Positions 39,584 through 53,387 of a stretch of 64,000 bases of DNA are shown here, one piece after another. The first letter of the stretch is position 1, and each line of letters begins with the position of its first letter. The notes under the pieces were generated by a model. The model ran no database searches, was not told where the DNA came from, and saw nothing but the letters and a program-made list of their open reading frames with translations. The translations under genes and the position numbers were made by a program. The stretch comes from Rhizophagus irregularis (taxonomy: Eukaryota): contig NC_089432.1 of the NCBI RefSeq assembly GCF_026210795.1, positions 4,402,001 through 4,466,000 of the forward strand, given 5' to 3'.

Positions 39584-42382
39584 ATTGCTAAGTTTCGAGT
39601 GATTTGGATTGTATCGTTAATTGCTACATCTCTTCTAATGGCTTTATATATCCAAGAAATTAAATGTAATAGCTCATTGTTTCCATCATATATCAATAAA
39701 AATTAATAAAACATAGTTCTCCCTTGCGTTTTTTATCTCGTATATGTGTGTACCTATTGCATTGGAATGTTTAACTTATACACCGATTTTATTTCTTGCC
39801 AGAATGATCAGCTTTCTGAAACAGAACGCGTACGTGATTATTAAATAAAATCTGATTCTTTCACAGCAGTACAAACTAGCACTATATTTTCTCCTATGGA
39901 AATAACTAACGAAACTATTCTATTTTTGGTCGTTATGACAGAATGATAGACAGTAGATTTAGTTGAAAAAATAACCGGGATAATCATAGTTTCCTCAGAT
40001 TTGCTATTGCGTGAGTTTTTTACGGGGATAAATTAACGCTGCTACTTGAATCTGATTTATCAATTCAAGGTTCGTTTTTGAATTTGAAATAGAAACCAAT
40101 TGCCGATGGTTAACTAATCGATTCTTGTAACTACTATACTTCGTACACTCCGTGTAGATGCCTTTAATTGGTACAAATGAAAACATTTATTGCGATTACC
40201 TCACCTTTTCTTATCGAGAAAATCTTTGTGATCATGGGATCGCCATGTTGTCGAACAAAAAATTGACAATGAAACCGATGCACGTAACACAGAAATTAAG
40301 AAACTGAGAACAAAATTAATTCCTATTATACTGTGGAAATCGCATTTATTCAACGCTCGTATTGGAATTGAGTCGCAAGGAAATTTCGATAGGATTAAAA
40401 CATCGAACTAATCATTAATGATCTCTACGAAAAAAAGACTTTATGCCCTTCTACAGTTTTCGACTGAAGAGCACAGAGTCAATCAGAATGAAACGGAATC
40501 AATTACTTCATCTGCCAGCTCTTCGTCGTCCAATATATCATTTAAAGTTGTTACGTACGATATTTGGACCCGTTTTAAACAGATTGTTGATAGGATTATG
40601 ACTGAAGAAGTTTTGACTTTGAATGAAATTTGCAGTAATATTTTAATCGTTACAGGTTGGGTACGTTCTGCGCACAAACAGTAAAAAATTTTTATAATAG
40701 GGATAAGAATAGATTTTAGCGAAACATTAGACAAGATTAGCATATGGGTTCAGAAAAAAGAAAAAAATGAGTAGTGAGAAGGAACTTCCAAATAATGGTC
40801 TAGGGGGCCGGCAGTAGTATGAATTTCGCCTCCTCCCTTTAAACGCCCACTACTCATTTTCTTTATTTTGTATTAGTTACAGTATTCCATTAACTTAAAA
40901 CTAGATGAAAAAATCAAATTATAGTATTGCATTAATTGCAAATAAAAAAAAAGTTTATACTATTTATTATGTAATTGTTTTAAAAGTCGATTTATGTGTG
41001 TATGTATACGCTGATCGCTACATATTTTCTGTTAACGTATAGTATGTTATACTGAAAAATGCAATATAAATAGATAATTGCCTCGCAATCGGTTATAAAA
41101 ACTGACGTAGATACTTGCCAATTTCCAAATAATGTGACTGCGTTTTTCCGAAGAAGTATATGTTTATTGGGCAACGTTTCCCGAACAGGAAGATAATCGC
41201 ACTCCTTTAATGGGATATTGCCTTGTAATTGATTTTTTGCATCGGAAAAATAACCGCACTTTGCCTTTAACATATACAGTATATTCCGTATTAATAATAA
41301 TAATTTGTTTTTATTTATCCAGAATATGAACAATAACAACAACATAAAAATTATTATTGTGTTACGTTTAACTGAGGCAGAGTATAAAAATGAATAATCG
41401 GTAATACCACCTCCTAACGTTTCTTTATTCTGTTTCTCTGGAACGGAGCTTTGCATCTGAGCTCTGCTCACGAAATGATATTTTTTTTTTATTAAAGACT
41501 GTTCAGCCATATCAGATACGTGTTGTTTGTAAAGATTGCACTCAGTTTAATGATCTGTAACTAGAATAGCTTTGACGAAAGTTCCAATGTCTTTAATGAA
41601 AGTTTAGAATCTAAGGTATGTATTTCCGTTATTTTTGACGATAAAATATACTCTAACTAGCAGTCACTCGTTGCTTTGCACCGGGACCAATGAGTTTGTT
41701 TAAATAGAAAAATTTAGTATTATAATGTAATACTGAGTAAATTAAAGATGATTACAGTAGTTTATTGTTTATAATTAGGAATTTAATATGGTAATAATTA
41801 ATTAACAAAAAATAATAAAATAATATGTATTAGAATGATATTATATTTAGGATAATGTAGCTGCTATTCATATAAATGATTTAACGTTTGAGTGTAAAAT
41901 GAAATTCGGATTAATTAGGAATTATGAAATCAATAAAAATTGATTGATTTTTTTAGAAATATTTTTGAAAAAACTTTAATATTATAAATTTTATAATTAT
42001 TTCTTATTATTTTATATTACGTCAATTTTAAACTTATAATCAACTAGGTAATTTGGTATTGTTAGTGAGTTATAATATAATTATTGCATTATTCAGTAAT
42101 TATTTATATATATTTTAAGTAATATAATAGGGTTTATATTAAAAAGTTGATTTGTATTTTGTATTTTTATCAAATAATAAATTTTATGGTTTATTTTGAG
42201 TTTATTAGTTTTATTAAAGAAATATTATATTTAATGATCAAAATGAATTGATCCTGTAACATGTTAAGTGGTAATAATATAAAGATAAATATAAATATAA
42301 TAGTTTGTATTAATTTTAGTAAAATATTAGATATGATGATAATGTTAAGTATAGTGATTTAAAAAAATTAGATTGGATGCTA

Positions 42383-45300
42383 TTATGATAAATACATTGT
42401 ATTGAACTTCTCCTGTAATCTATTTAATTCTGACAACATTGCATCATCTACTTTTATTGCATTTGGATCAAAAGATTGGATTTCTAGATTTTCCCAAGAT
42501 GTGGCACGACTTATTGCTACATAAGATTGCCCATGAGCAAACATTTGTTCATCCAATGATACAGTTACATGGGGTAATGTAAGGCCTTGTGTCTTGTGTA
42601 CAGTTAGAGCAAATGCATTTTGAAGTGGAAATTGTGTTCGTTGTGCTGAAGCTCCATGTAAGTTAAAATAAGTTGTAATTTTTTCTACTATAACTTGATT
42701 TATCCCATTATTTATTGGAAATGCCACTTCTACTTGATTTTCATTTATTAATTTAGTTACCACACCAATTGATCCATTACAAAGTTGTTCATTAAATAAT
42801 TTGTTAGTTAGAAACATTACTCTTGCTCCTTCTCTTATTATTAATTCAGATGGTAAATTAGTATAATGTCTAAATTGTTTATCATATTCTTTTGGTATAC
42901 ATTCTTTTTCATTAACATAATCAATAGCTGTAGAAATTAAAAATCCAGAGGAGATATCTTTAAAAATAGGAAGATAACCACAGATTAAATTATTAATTGA
43001 ATCTGCACTATGACGAAATCCAAAAATATAGGTAGTATCAGTTGACATTTCATTGTTACTTTGATATGATTGCACTTTTTCATCAATTAATCTTCTTGTT
43101 TCTGAACTTATATTTATAAATTATAGTGCTTGTAGCGATTAATATTACAATTATTAACCAATGCTAGCAGATGATTGGTAAGGATTTGGCCACGTAGTGG
43201 CCAAATCTGTCCAATCAGAATGCAGCATTGGTTAATAATTGTATATTTATCAACGCAAGCACAATAATGATATTATCGTGTGACATTATGATGTTTTATT
43301 TAAACTTTATTAAACTCGAATTAAACTCATAAATTAAGCTTTTATCATTTTTTTTCTTTATCCAATTTCATTTCTCTCCATTTCTGACTCTCTTTTTTAC
43401 ACAAAACCTTTCTATTAATATTTTAAAGATGCAAGATAACAAAGATAAACGACCTTGTAAGAAATTAAAGGTGAACTTTACTTATAAAAAGCCTACTGAT
43501 GATGAGCTTCGCAATCTTATTGATAGTAGCCGATGTAAAAATACTGATTATTCAACTTCAAATTGGATACGAGCTTTGGAAAAATTTAGAACAGATGTTA
43601 ATTATCAAGGATTAATTGAGGAAGTTGATACAAAAGAAGAATTAGAGGATCAGCTTTGTAGATTTGTTCATGCAATGAGAAAAAAAGATGGTTCTGAATA
43701 TCATGTTTCTTCAGTTAATAGTTGCATGTTTGCAATAAATAGACATTTGAATAATAAGTCTGTCCTTTCAAAACCTATCAACATTATGGATAAAGATCAA
43801 TATTACAAATTATGGCAGATTTTGAATGGTAAAGTTAAGAGTCTTGTGAGTCAAGGTCGTGGGGAGCGTAACGGTGCTGATGGATTTACTGAAGATGATC
43901 TTCTTCAGATTCTTGATCATCCAGCAATGTCTGGCAATGATCCTGCCAGTTTATTATATAGGATCTTTTTTTTTAATGCTATTTTTTTAGGGTTAAGGGG
44001 AGGAGAACATTTCAATTTGCAGCTTCAAAATTTTATACGAAGAAAAAACAAATATGGTGGATTTGATGTTATCATTTACAAATCAAAAACTAATCAACGC
44101 GGTGCCAATAATATTGAATCTCAAGGTGATAAGTTATACATTCCCGAAATACCTAGTATCATTGAAATGTATGAAAATTATTTTACCAAACGTCCAACCC
44201 AAGCTGATCCACATTTTTATTTAAAGCCATGCAATATTAGTGAAGGTAAATATTAAAATTTTTTTTTTTTTTTGACAAATCTAATGTCAAAATTTTTATT
44301 ATTTTTTATTTCATATTATACAGTTGAATTTAATGGACAATGGTATCATAAGCAACATGTGTCTGAAAAAGAAATTAAATCCTTTATGAAAAAAATTGTT
44401 ACCTTAACCGGAATTAACGTGGATGATCGCAAAATTAGTAACCATTCAGGTCGGAAAACGCTAGTACAAATATTAAAGCGACGAGGATTTTCAAATTCTG
44501 AATGTATGGGCAAGTACACGACATAAGTCTGAGCAAGGGCTTGCTAGATATGAGCGTCCAGAAACTGAAATTCAACGAAATAATGCTTTTAACCTTGTTG
44601 AAGCATTTGGTTTTAATAAAAATAATATTCGATCAGGTAAAAATTTGAAATTTTTAATCATTAATAAATGACCTGCATTCTAATTTTCTTCTATAGAAGA
44701 ATCAATGGAACAATCAACTTTATCAACAGACAATTTCGTTGTTGCAAAATCATTGCTTAATGGTAATATTCTAAAATTTTATTCTATTTTTTGATAATCA
44801 ATTTAACAAAATTGAACTTTTTCTAGATAATCGTGAAGTTATTAATTCGGCAAACAGTAATATTAAAGTTACAAGAAGGCCATTAAAAGATTTAAATGAA
44901 ATTCAAGAAAATAAAAGTCAAAATTTGGAAGAATTAGTTTCGAAATTAACAGCTGATAAAGTTTTTATCAATTCTGTTATTATTTTCAATAATAATCCTA
45001 ATAGCCATAATTAATAATTATAACACATGTATTGTTTATAGCTTAAATATAGTTTATTGTAATTATTAAACTTACGCATAAAAAATAATTAAATTACAAA
45101 TCATCAACATCATACAGCGGAGCACGATAATTCCTATTCGCATTTCTTCTAATATATTATAAAATGATCTATCTTGTTGGCGATGAGAAGTTGTAAGAAA
45201 AAGTGGGAAAAATTCTTGCCATTCTGGAGCATAAAAAACTTGTTTACCACTTACAGGTGGAAGTTGAGCAATATCTCCAATTAGTAAAGTTGGAATTCCA

Positions 45301-48300
45301 CCAAAAGGTACTGGTGATTTGTTAATTTTTGCAAATAATGAACTAATAAAAGATAAAAGAATTGATGATACCATTGATACTTCTTCAATTATAATAGCTT
45401 TAATCTGGCTAAGTTTTTCAAATTGTTGATTATTATAATGAGATAATGTTTCAAAATAGGTTTGAGTATTTCTAATATATAGTGCTGAATGTATAGTTTT
45501 TCCATTTATATTTTGTGCAGCAACACCAGTAGGAGCCATCAATAAATATTCAGTTTTTTTATCAGCTAAAAAATTTTTAATTAGATGTATCATAAAAGAT
45601 TTACCAGTACCTGCTGAACCAGTTAGAAAAAAATAAGGATGTTTAGAATGTAATCTTTCTCCCCAACTATTTGTAAGTATATTCATTATTTTATATTGAT
45701 CTTCAGAAAGTAGCATAGATGAGAGATTTAAAGAGCGAATAGGTTGACGTAACAAATTATTTAACTGATTTCCAATAATTTCTTGTAAGTTTACATGCAA
45801 TGAAGATATCAAATTATTAACTAAATTTTGATAATTATTTGTATATCTTTGAATATTAGATTGCATTGAATTTTGTACAAAATTTAAAGTTAATGAATAT
45901 TCAGTAGGATATTTAGCTTCAAAATGAGCTTTATAAGTTTGATATAAGCTTTTTAAATCAGTTTCACTTCTAACAGGTAATCTAAGTAGTAATTGTTGAT
46001 AATAAAATGATTCTGATTGCTGAATTGTTAAATGTTGAAAACGTACAAGAATTTCTTTTTGTCTTTTTCTTACAAAGCGGTTTTTTTTATCTATATAATA
46101 TATTCCATTTTTTGGCTGACTTTTTTGTATAGTATAATTGCGATGATAAAAAGGATATGTCATACTATCAAATTCATTATCAGATGGACGATCAAAATAT
46201 TTATCAATGGCATCATCCCAATAGGGAGATAATTGTTCTTCTTGTTGTAATAAATAAAGTGGTTTTATAGATTTAGTTCTTATTTCAGGAGGAATAGAAG
46301 GAAGAAATTCAACAGCAATTGATGATCGACATATTGAATATCCAAGTAAAAGAATCATTAATTCCATTGATTCAAGACGTCTTGCTAAAATATGTTTTCG
46401 AAATGCATCAGGTTCAGAAATATCAAAATATTCTGATGGTTCAGATTTTGTAATATACTTAGTCATATATTTTGCAAATTGATGTGTTGTTACATATTGA
46501 AAATTAATATGACCATTCCATAAAAATAATGTTGGTGCATGATATGGAATAACATATAAATCTTCTTCTTTAGTACGACGATAAATATATCTTAAGGAAT
46601 TAGGATCTTCATGTGTAGTATCTGAATATGGTTGAGGAAAACCTTTTTTGCAACGTGAACCAGATGGAGCTGGACCTCCACAACGTGAATTACAAGTATG
46701 AATTTGATGTTTTTTAACCAATTCATATAATTCTGGTTCAGAATTGGGATCTGGCATATCTGCTCTAATTACATTAGAATCAATTAATTCAGAAATTGAT
46801 TTAGATAAATAAGCTATACCATGTGTATGAATTGCTCCATGATTTTGAAATTCATCACGTTCAAAATGATGTAACCAGTTACCCCAATCAGTTAAATTTG
46901 GATTTTTCCAAAGATATTGATGCATTGATGCTAAACGATGATGATAATGCAAGTAGGTATGAAATGGACGATTAGAAGGAAGGTGATCTTTGTTATCAGT
47001 TTTTAATAAAATATTTTTTAAATGTGACCAATGATTTTCAGCCATAGTCATAGTATAAAAAATTTGTGGTAAACCAAATCCTTGAACCATAGTATTAATA
47101 TGATGTTCTTTTTGGCGAAAATAAGAATCTCCTGTTCTAATATAAGAAGGTATAGTTGTTGTATTTTTTTCATTAATTATTGGACGTCCAGTATAAATAC
47201 TATTGGTAATTAAATCTGCTGTTGTTAATTGATGTGATAGTGAAGTATTATATTGATTTAAAATTCGATTTCTATTTTGGTGATTTCTTAATTTTTTAAT
47301 TGTTAAATAAATATAATGAGGCCAATACCAAGATAATCTCCATCTGGGATCAGGACAAAGTAGTAAAGATTTTGCATAATTACCTAAACTATCTGTAAAT
47401 CGCCGATTTGTATTTTCATCATTTATATAAAATCCTTTTCCATATGGAAAAAGGTCAGGAAATAAAAGTGGTTCAATATTTTTATCATAAAAAGATATTG
47501 GTAATTTTTTATTATATGGATCAGTTAAAAATCCTGCCATTAATCGATTATAATGGTAATCTTCATTATGAATTTCTGCATCAAGTTCATAGGGAGGTAG
47601 TATTACAGCAGAAGGACGTGAATTAATGTTAAATAATGGTTGGTCTTGATTTTGAGAAGTATTACTAAGTGAGGCATTTGGAAAGATAATTGGTGCCCCA
47701 TCCCATGTTCCACGATTAATTAAAGTTTGATATGGTTTAAAATAAGGATTATGATCTCGTAACCATCTTGCTGCATTATCAAGTGAAGAATGATACCATG
47801 AATTTGATTGATTATTATTTAGTATAGCACCAATGGTACCAGAATATAATGCAAGTGCATTAATATTTTTTGAGTAGTTAAAGGTTCCAGTTAAGTGACG
47901 ATAGTTTGTGTAAGCATTGCTATTTGGAACTCGGCCTAATGAACAACTAAGATGAATAGGTGAGAGATAAATTCGATGATATAAAGGCACACTTTGAATT
48001 TCATCAGGTATAGGATCAGGAATTGGTATTTTAAGATGATTATTAGAATTATAACAAGAAGAACATGTTGCTATACGTGCAGGTTGAGAATCATCAGTAT
48101 GAAAAACTAATGTGATTTGTGGATTATTTGAATAAGCTTCTTCTAAAGGATATTTAAATGTTCTATCATATAGTTCCCACTTTGCCTTTGTTGGATACTG
48201 TAAACAAGAACAATAACTACATGGAACACATGGATATTGAGTAAGAATAGTTGTATTAAACCGATCTTGTAAGTTACACAATTTTATAGAAGGTTGCCAG

Positions 48301-48515
48301 GATGGAAAATAAGCTCTAAAGGTGATGTTTGCAGAAGACAAAGATGATTGAATTGGAATTCGAGAATGATCTGCATTAGCTTGTTGACGAACTGCATAAC
48401 TTGAAAATAATGAACTATCAAAATTTTCATGTTCTGAATTCAAATAAGATTCAGAATCATTATCTGATACTTCAACTCTCCAATGATTAACATTTGAATT
48501 AAAATATTTATTCAA
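42383..48515 (-). CDS. Helitron RepHel transposase (HUH Rep + Pif1 helicase), split by the Crypton; ~1371 codons when rejoined
   Basis: FYTMT, EFQNHGAIHTHG, YMTKYITK; GSAGTGKS, IIEEVSM, GDIAQLPPV; distal part has QFPLQNAFALTVHKTQGLTL and GQSYVAISRA; joining 45132 to 43114 gives in-frame EEMRIG-NISSETRRLI; true start not identified. Confidence 0.9.
43121..43267. repeat. 147-bp imperfect palindrome at the left end of the Crypton insertion
   Basis: Centre GATTTGGCCAC-GTA-GTGGCCAAATC; arms ACAATTATTAACCAATGCT / AGCATTGGTTAATAATTGT. Confidence 0.92.
43429..45014 (+). CDS. Tyrosine recombinase (Crypton family), one +1 frameshift
   Basis: Exons 43429-44245, 44324-44636, 44697-44762, 44827-45014; GLRGGEH, KSKTNQ, NHSGRKT; RHKS and ARYE are in frame only if one G of 44508-44510 is removed. 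Confidence 0.88.
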
Positions 48516-49825
48516 AAATCTGGTGATTATTTAGAGAATTTTGGATATGGATTTGGTTATAATAATTTATTATTAAATTAGCAATTTTTTCAATTAATTA
48601 ATTATAAAATATTGTAAAAATATCAATTTTTTTGATTTTTATGAATTTGAAAATCAAACTAATTTATCCAGCGTCTATCAACGTCGGTCAATTTTCCTAC
48701 ATGAGTACATGTCATATTGATTTTTTTTTAAAAAAAATAATAATTTTGTAAATTATTTTTTTATTTAATAATAATAAAAAAAAAATCTGGGGGTAAGAAA
48801 AAGGATAAAGAAAGAAATCGGTTCAAAAAAAAAGGGAATTTTTGAAAAAAAAGGATAATAATTCGGTCCAAAAAGAGTGAAAAAAAAATTAATAACAATA
48901 AAAAATTTTCAGTTTTGGAAAAAAATTGAACCTAAACGGGAAAAGAATGAGAAAAAACAAATTTTTCGGTTTGAAAAAAAACTAAACCGAAAGAAGAAAG
49001 GGAGAAAATTTTTTTTCAGTTTGAAAAAAAAACGAAAAATTTAAAATTAATTAATCAAAAAAAAAAAATTTCGATTAAGGTAAAATGTACACGGATAAAT
49101 GGAGGCATGTCACGGGTTTTAATTATATATGGGATTTCAAGTTACACAATTCAAGTTATTTATGCAGAGACTAATCCAAAACGTCAGACAAATTTTTTTA
49201 GTTAGTTATATAGATTTATCAAAAATTTATTATAGATTTAATTATAAAATTATTAATATTGTTATGTATCAAACAAATCTCACTGAAAAAAAAATTTTCA
49301 TGCGAATTTATTAGTCAAAAATATCATTGACTAAAAAAAATCTCACTAAGCATCGAAAAAGCTGTTAGGACATAGTTCTAATCTGATTATAGTCTTGAGT
49401 CTTGACCCAAACCAAAAAAGAACAAACAATATTTTTTGGGTTAAAAAAAAAATTCCAAAAATTTGATAAATTTCGATTAAAAAAAATCCCCTAAAAAAAA
49501 AATCCAATAAAAATAAAACAAAAAAAAAAGAATAAGAAAAAATTTTGGTTAACCAAAAGAAACAATTAAAAGGTAGATTCGGTTTTTATGGTAAAAACTG
49601 AAAAATAAAAAAAAATTAGTTAGTCGTGGTAACTAAAAGAGCGGAAATGACCACAAATAAAGTGCAATTAATAAGAAAAATTATACGTTTTTTTGTTAGT
49701 ATTAATCCATCTGACAGTTAAAATTTTAATTAACCGGAAATGTATTAGTTTAAAGATTGGTTATCATAGTCAGTTAATTAAATAGACCGAACGCAAGAAT
49801 ATCAAAATTTTTTTAATTAGATAGA

Positions 49826-51560
49826 TACTTCTTTACTCGTCATTCTTATATTTTATTACAACCTTTACACATGATCAAATCTGGTGAGTTATCTATCGTT
49901 GTACTATTTTTTGAAATCATGTGAATGTCCATTCTTTTATAATCATTTTTACTTTTAGACTGTTTCTTATCGACACAAAAAACTGGTTCATTACTTTCAT
50001 TCCATGTAATAATTTCGTTTCTCTATTGTTTTTATCTACATCTTCATCATATCTCGATATGTCTTTATTATTGAATTCCTTTTTTATTTTAAATTCTCTT
50101 TTTAAATATCTACTATTACTATCCTCTGTCAATTAATTTGAACCATTTCGGTATTTTTCCCTTTAAGCCTTTATCTTTTTCCGAACATAAGTATTTCCAT
50201 TTCATTAATTTACCACCATTGTATTCTATTAATTGATCGAAAAAAATTATTTCTTTCTTTTTTAATGAATTTCTCGCTCTTCTAAACTCCCTTTCTCCTA
50301 GTAATTTCCTAACTTCCAATTCACCTCTAATTAGATGATCATTTTTGCTACTTATAATTACACATATTTTAAATTTTTAATGTTCTCATCACTTAAAATT
50401 TTTTAACGCACCGCCTATATAACTATTTTTATTATTGCCCAAATAGCTACCGTTGTCACCCATACAACCATTTATCCAATTATCCAATTGTAATTGAATC
50501 ATCTGAATTTCAAATAAATTTTTTAAAGTCTCATTACCGGTCGCTTGGTACAACATAGCATCTCCCACTTGTAAATCATATATATGTTTTAGACCATATA
50601 TATCTTTGTCATACATAATAAAATTTGGAGTATATATAGCCCGCAACCGGCACTATGTTTAACTAACGTATTTATATTAATCATTAACTTATCATATTCT
50701 TCTTTTCTAAGAATCACTCCAGACATTTGATACTCGATCCTCGGTATAATCACTATACATTCCATACCGTTATTATCTGTTTATCACTTAATTTTTTCCA
50801 TCTCATTAATTTGATCGCTTTATTTTATATTATCATTTTTTATTCTTTGAACGTATATTTTTCTTTTGTTATCATATCTGAAGTAGAATCCTAAATATCT
50901 ATTATCTTCTATGTTGTTCATTTTACTTTATTGATATATCATTTATTTTTTGGATCCTTTCTTTACTATTGATTTTATTGCTGTTTTCAGAAATGTTGAC
51001 ATTAGAATGTCGATCATTTCTATAAATCGAACACACCGAACACACACCGAACACAGCAATTAAAATTAAAAAAAAACAAATTTTCCTTTAAAAAAAGCAA
51101 AATTAAAACTTTAGTAATATATTTTTAGGTAGTGTGCATAAAAAAATGTATAAAAATTATATTATTTGCATATATGTATTCACTTGTATTTGCTTGTATT
51201 TGCCAATTTTCGGTGTGTTCGGTGTGTTCGTTTGTGTTCGGTGTGTGTTCGGTACAAATTTTCATATTTTCAATTTTATTCATATCTAAAAAGTGACAAA
51301 AATAGTTTTTATATAAAGTTATGCATGAATACTTCAAGTTTGCATAATTTTTTGTATGTGTTCACGGTGTGTTCGGTGTGTTCGGTATAAAATAGTCAAA
51401 ATTTCAGATTGTCAACATTTCTGAAAACGGCAATAATCAGTTCGTATTTTTGACGTTCGCTCGAATATCGTTAATATTGAAAAGCTCGGGACATATTTTA
51501 ATTAATCTCTAGATTTTCTTTCTTTGCAATTAATGTCGTATATCTACACAAATCTCTCTG
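49826..51560 (-). pseudogene. Decayed non-LTR retrotransposon (RT C-terminal region)
   Basis: RYLGFYF (~50880-50900), KKLSDKQI, VIIPRIEYQ, YGLKHIYDLQ; many stops and frameshifts. Confidence 0.65.
50978..51433. mobile_element. MITE with 24-bp TIRs, TA-flanked
   Basis: TTGCTGTTTTCAGAAATGTTGACA / TGTCAACATTTCTGAAAACGGCAA; CGAACACAC / GTGTGTTCG subterminal repeats. Confidence 0.8.
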
Positions 51561-52403
51561 ATTGGCAATTGTAACTTACACATGACTCCAGTAATATCAC
51601 GTGTTTCGCATTATACAATTCTTTATATGGAGACTATTCTAAACGTCAGAAGAATTTTTATTAGTTATATACTAATATTAAGGAATTTTGATTTTGGATA
51701 TAACTAAAGAGAATGATATTAAAATCGAAACTAATATTGATAAGCAAATAGTAGTTAAATTATATTAAAGTGAAGAAATTCATTTATAAAATACTAAGAT
51801 AGTTTAATATTGATTTCATATTAATATACAAAAATGGAGAAATAATTGCAGTAAATATAAATTAAGTAAATTAAGCAATTTATTTAAAAAATTCTTCCTA
51901 AACAAGTATCAAGACAGTCAAAAGAAGAATTGAAATCTTATATCTAATAACAGTTATTGATTACAATGCATGCACCATATCATTTATTATAATAAAATTA
52001 TAAATTCTACTGTAAATAAGTAACTTCTTATTAAAACAATAATTTAGGTATTCTCGCATCAATACTACATTCTATCCACTAATAAATCAAAATTAGGATA
52101 ATTATATGGTATCGCTAATATTGGAAGAAGTAATATATCTCACTAAGATCACGGTTATTAACTGTGAAAGATAATAACAAAAATCATGTAATTGTTAATT
52201 AAGCTTAGGGATGCAAAAAGTTCAGTCACACCGATCATTACTGGTGGTTTTTACCAGTTCGATTATCAAGTTCAGTTCAAGTCCAATTAACCGTTGGATA
52301 TTTGTTTATATAAAAAAAGACAAATCGATCAGTTATTTCAAATATATATATATATATATATTTTATACATTAAAAATGAAGAATTTAGTATTTATATATG
52401 CAG

Positions 52404-52545
52404 GGTATCCGGACTTTCACCGAAGTCCATTTTAACGAAACCCATTTAGCAAAAGCCATTTCGCCAAAGTGAAATTTCGCTGAAGTGTCATTTCTTCGAA
52501 TAGCCCATTTCTCCAAATGAACATTTCGCTAAAATAGTAGCGATC
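52404..52545. mobile_element. Left end of a GGTATCCGG...(CATTTCGCCGAA)n MITE, lying inside a hAT-like remnant that starts TAGGGATGC at 52206
   Basis: Terminal GGTATCCGGACTTTCACCGAA and ~15-bp tandem subterminal units; inverse of the 56450 end. Confidence 0.6.
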
Positions 52546-53387
52546 TAAACTATTTTTACGATAAAATACCTTTCTTTCAGAATATTATTACTTTAACATT
52601 CGAGTAACTTATATTCATTGTTACATAATTAATAGACGATTTTATTTCATTCTATTTTTCTTTTTTTTAAACTTGATGATTTTAATTTCTTCAATTAATT
52701 GAAAATCATTAAAGGTAAAATGTATAGTAATTATAAAGTTCAGAAAATTATAATTTTACAATCATAACTATACATTTAAACAAAATGTTCATTTAGAGGA
52801 TATTATTAAATAAAATTATAATCAACACTTTCTAAATATTTTATTCAGTTTAACAGTAAGTTTTGTCTGTTCAGTTTTATCGATCAATTTGCGGTTTGTT
52901 TGGTTTTGATTGAAAACCACGATTTTAAAACCAAAACCGAACTGAACCAAAAATATAAATACACTGTACAAAAGATACTATAGTATGACCCAGTCATTTT
53001 TCATTTACCAACATCAAATTTCACTTTTTTACAACTAAATTCTTTAAATAAAAATTTCAAATTATCATATCAATAATTTATAAGAAAAAAAAATTACTAC
53101 ATTTTTTTTTTATTAACAGTTTTCTTTTAATGACTAATTTAAATAAGTTGATACAATATATAAATTAAAAAAAAAATACAAAATATAAATTTTTTTATTT
53201 ATAAAAATTAATAAGTAAAAAAAGATCATGATGTGTAAGAACTATTATGTAATAGGTACTAATTTAATGAACTTTTTATTTACGCTTTTAAAGCATTATC
53301 ATCACGTTTAAAATATTCACAAACATTAAATAAAAAAATATGATTTTTCGTATTTTTAATGAATTTTTATGAATTATTTATTTTATT

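Larger units (their letters stand above)
43116..45130 (+). mobile_element. Crypton-type tyrosine-recombinase transposon
   Basis: Boundaries defined by restoring the host helicase ORF; inverted ends TTATAGTGCT (43121) / AGCACGATAA (45121-45130); no TSD beyond 1-2 T. Confidence 0.85.
41657..49825 (-). mobile_element. Helitron with both termini
   Basis: 5' A|TCTATCTAATTAAAA at 49825; 3' hairpin CCCGGTGC-AAA-GCAACGAG then CTAG|T at 41657; inserted between A and T with no TSD; carries a Rep-Pif1 ORF. Confidence 0.88.

Noticed and set aside
40992..41510. 172-aa ORF with a hydrophobic stretch
   Set aside because: No recognisable motif; the hydrophobic part is AT-rich, intron-like sequence
45072..45131. 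C-terminus IIVLRCMMLMICNLIIFYA of the 1147-aa ORF
   Set aside because: Read-through into the Crypton end; the real protein continues at 43114
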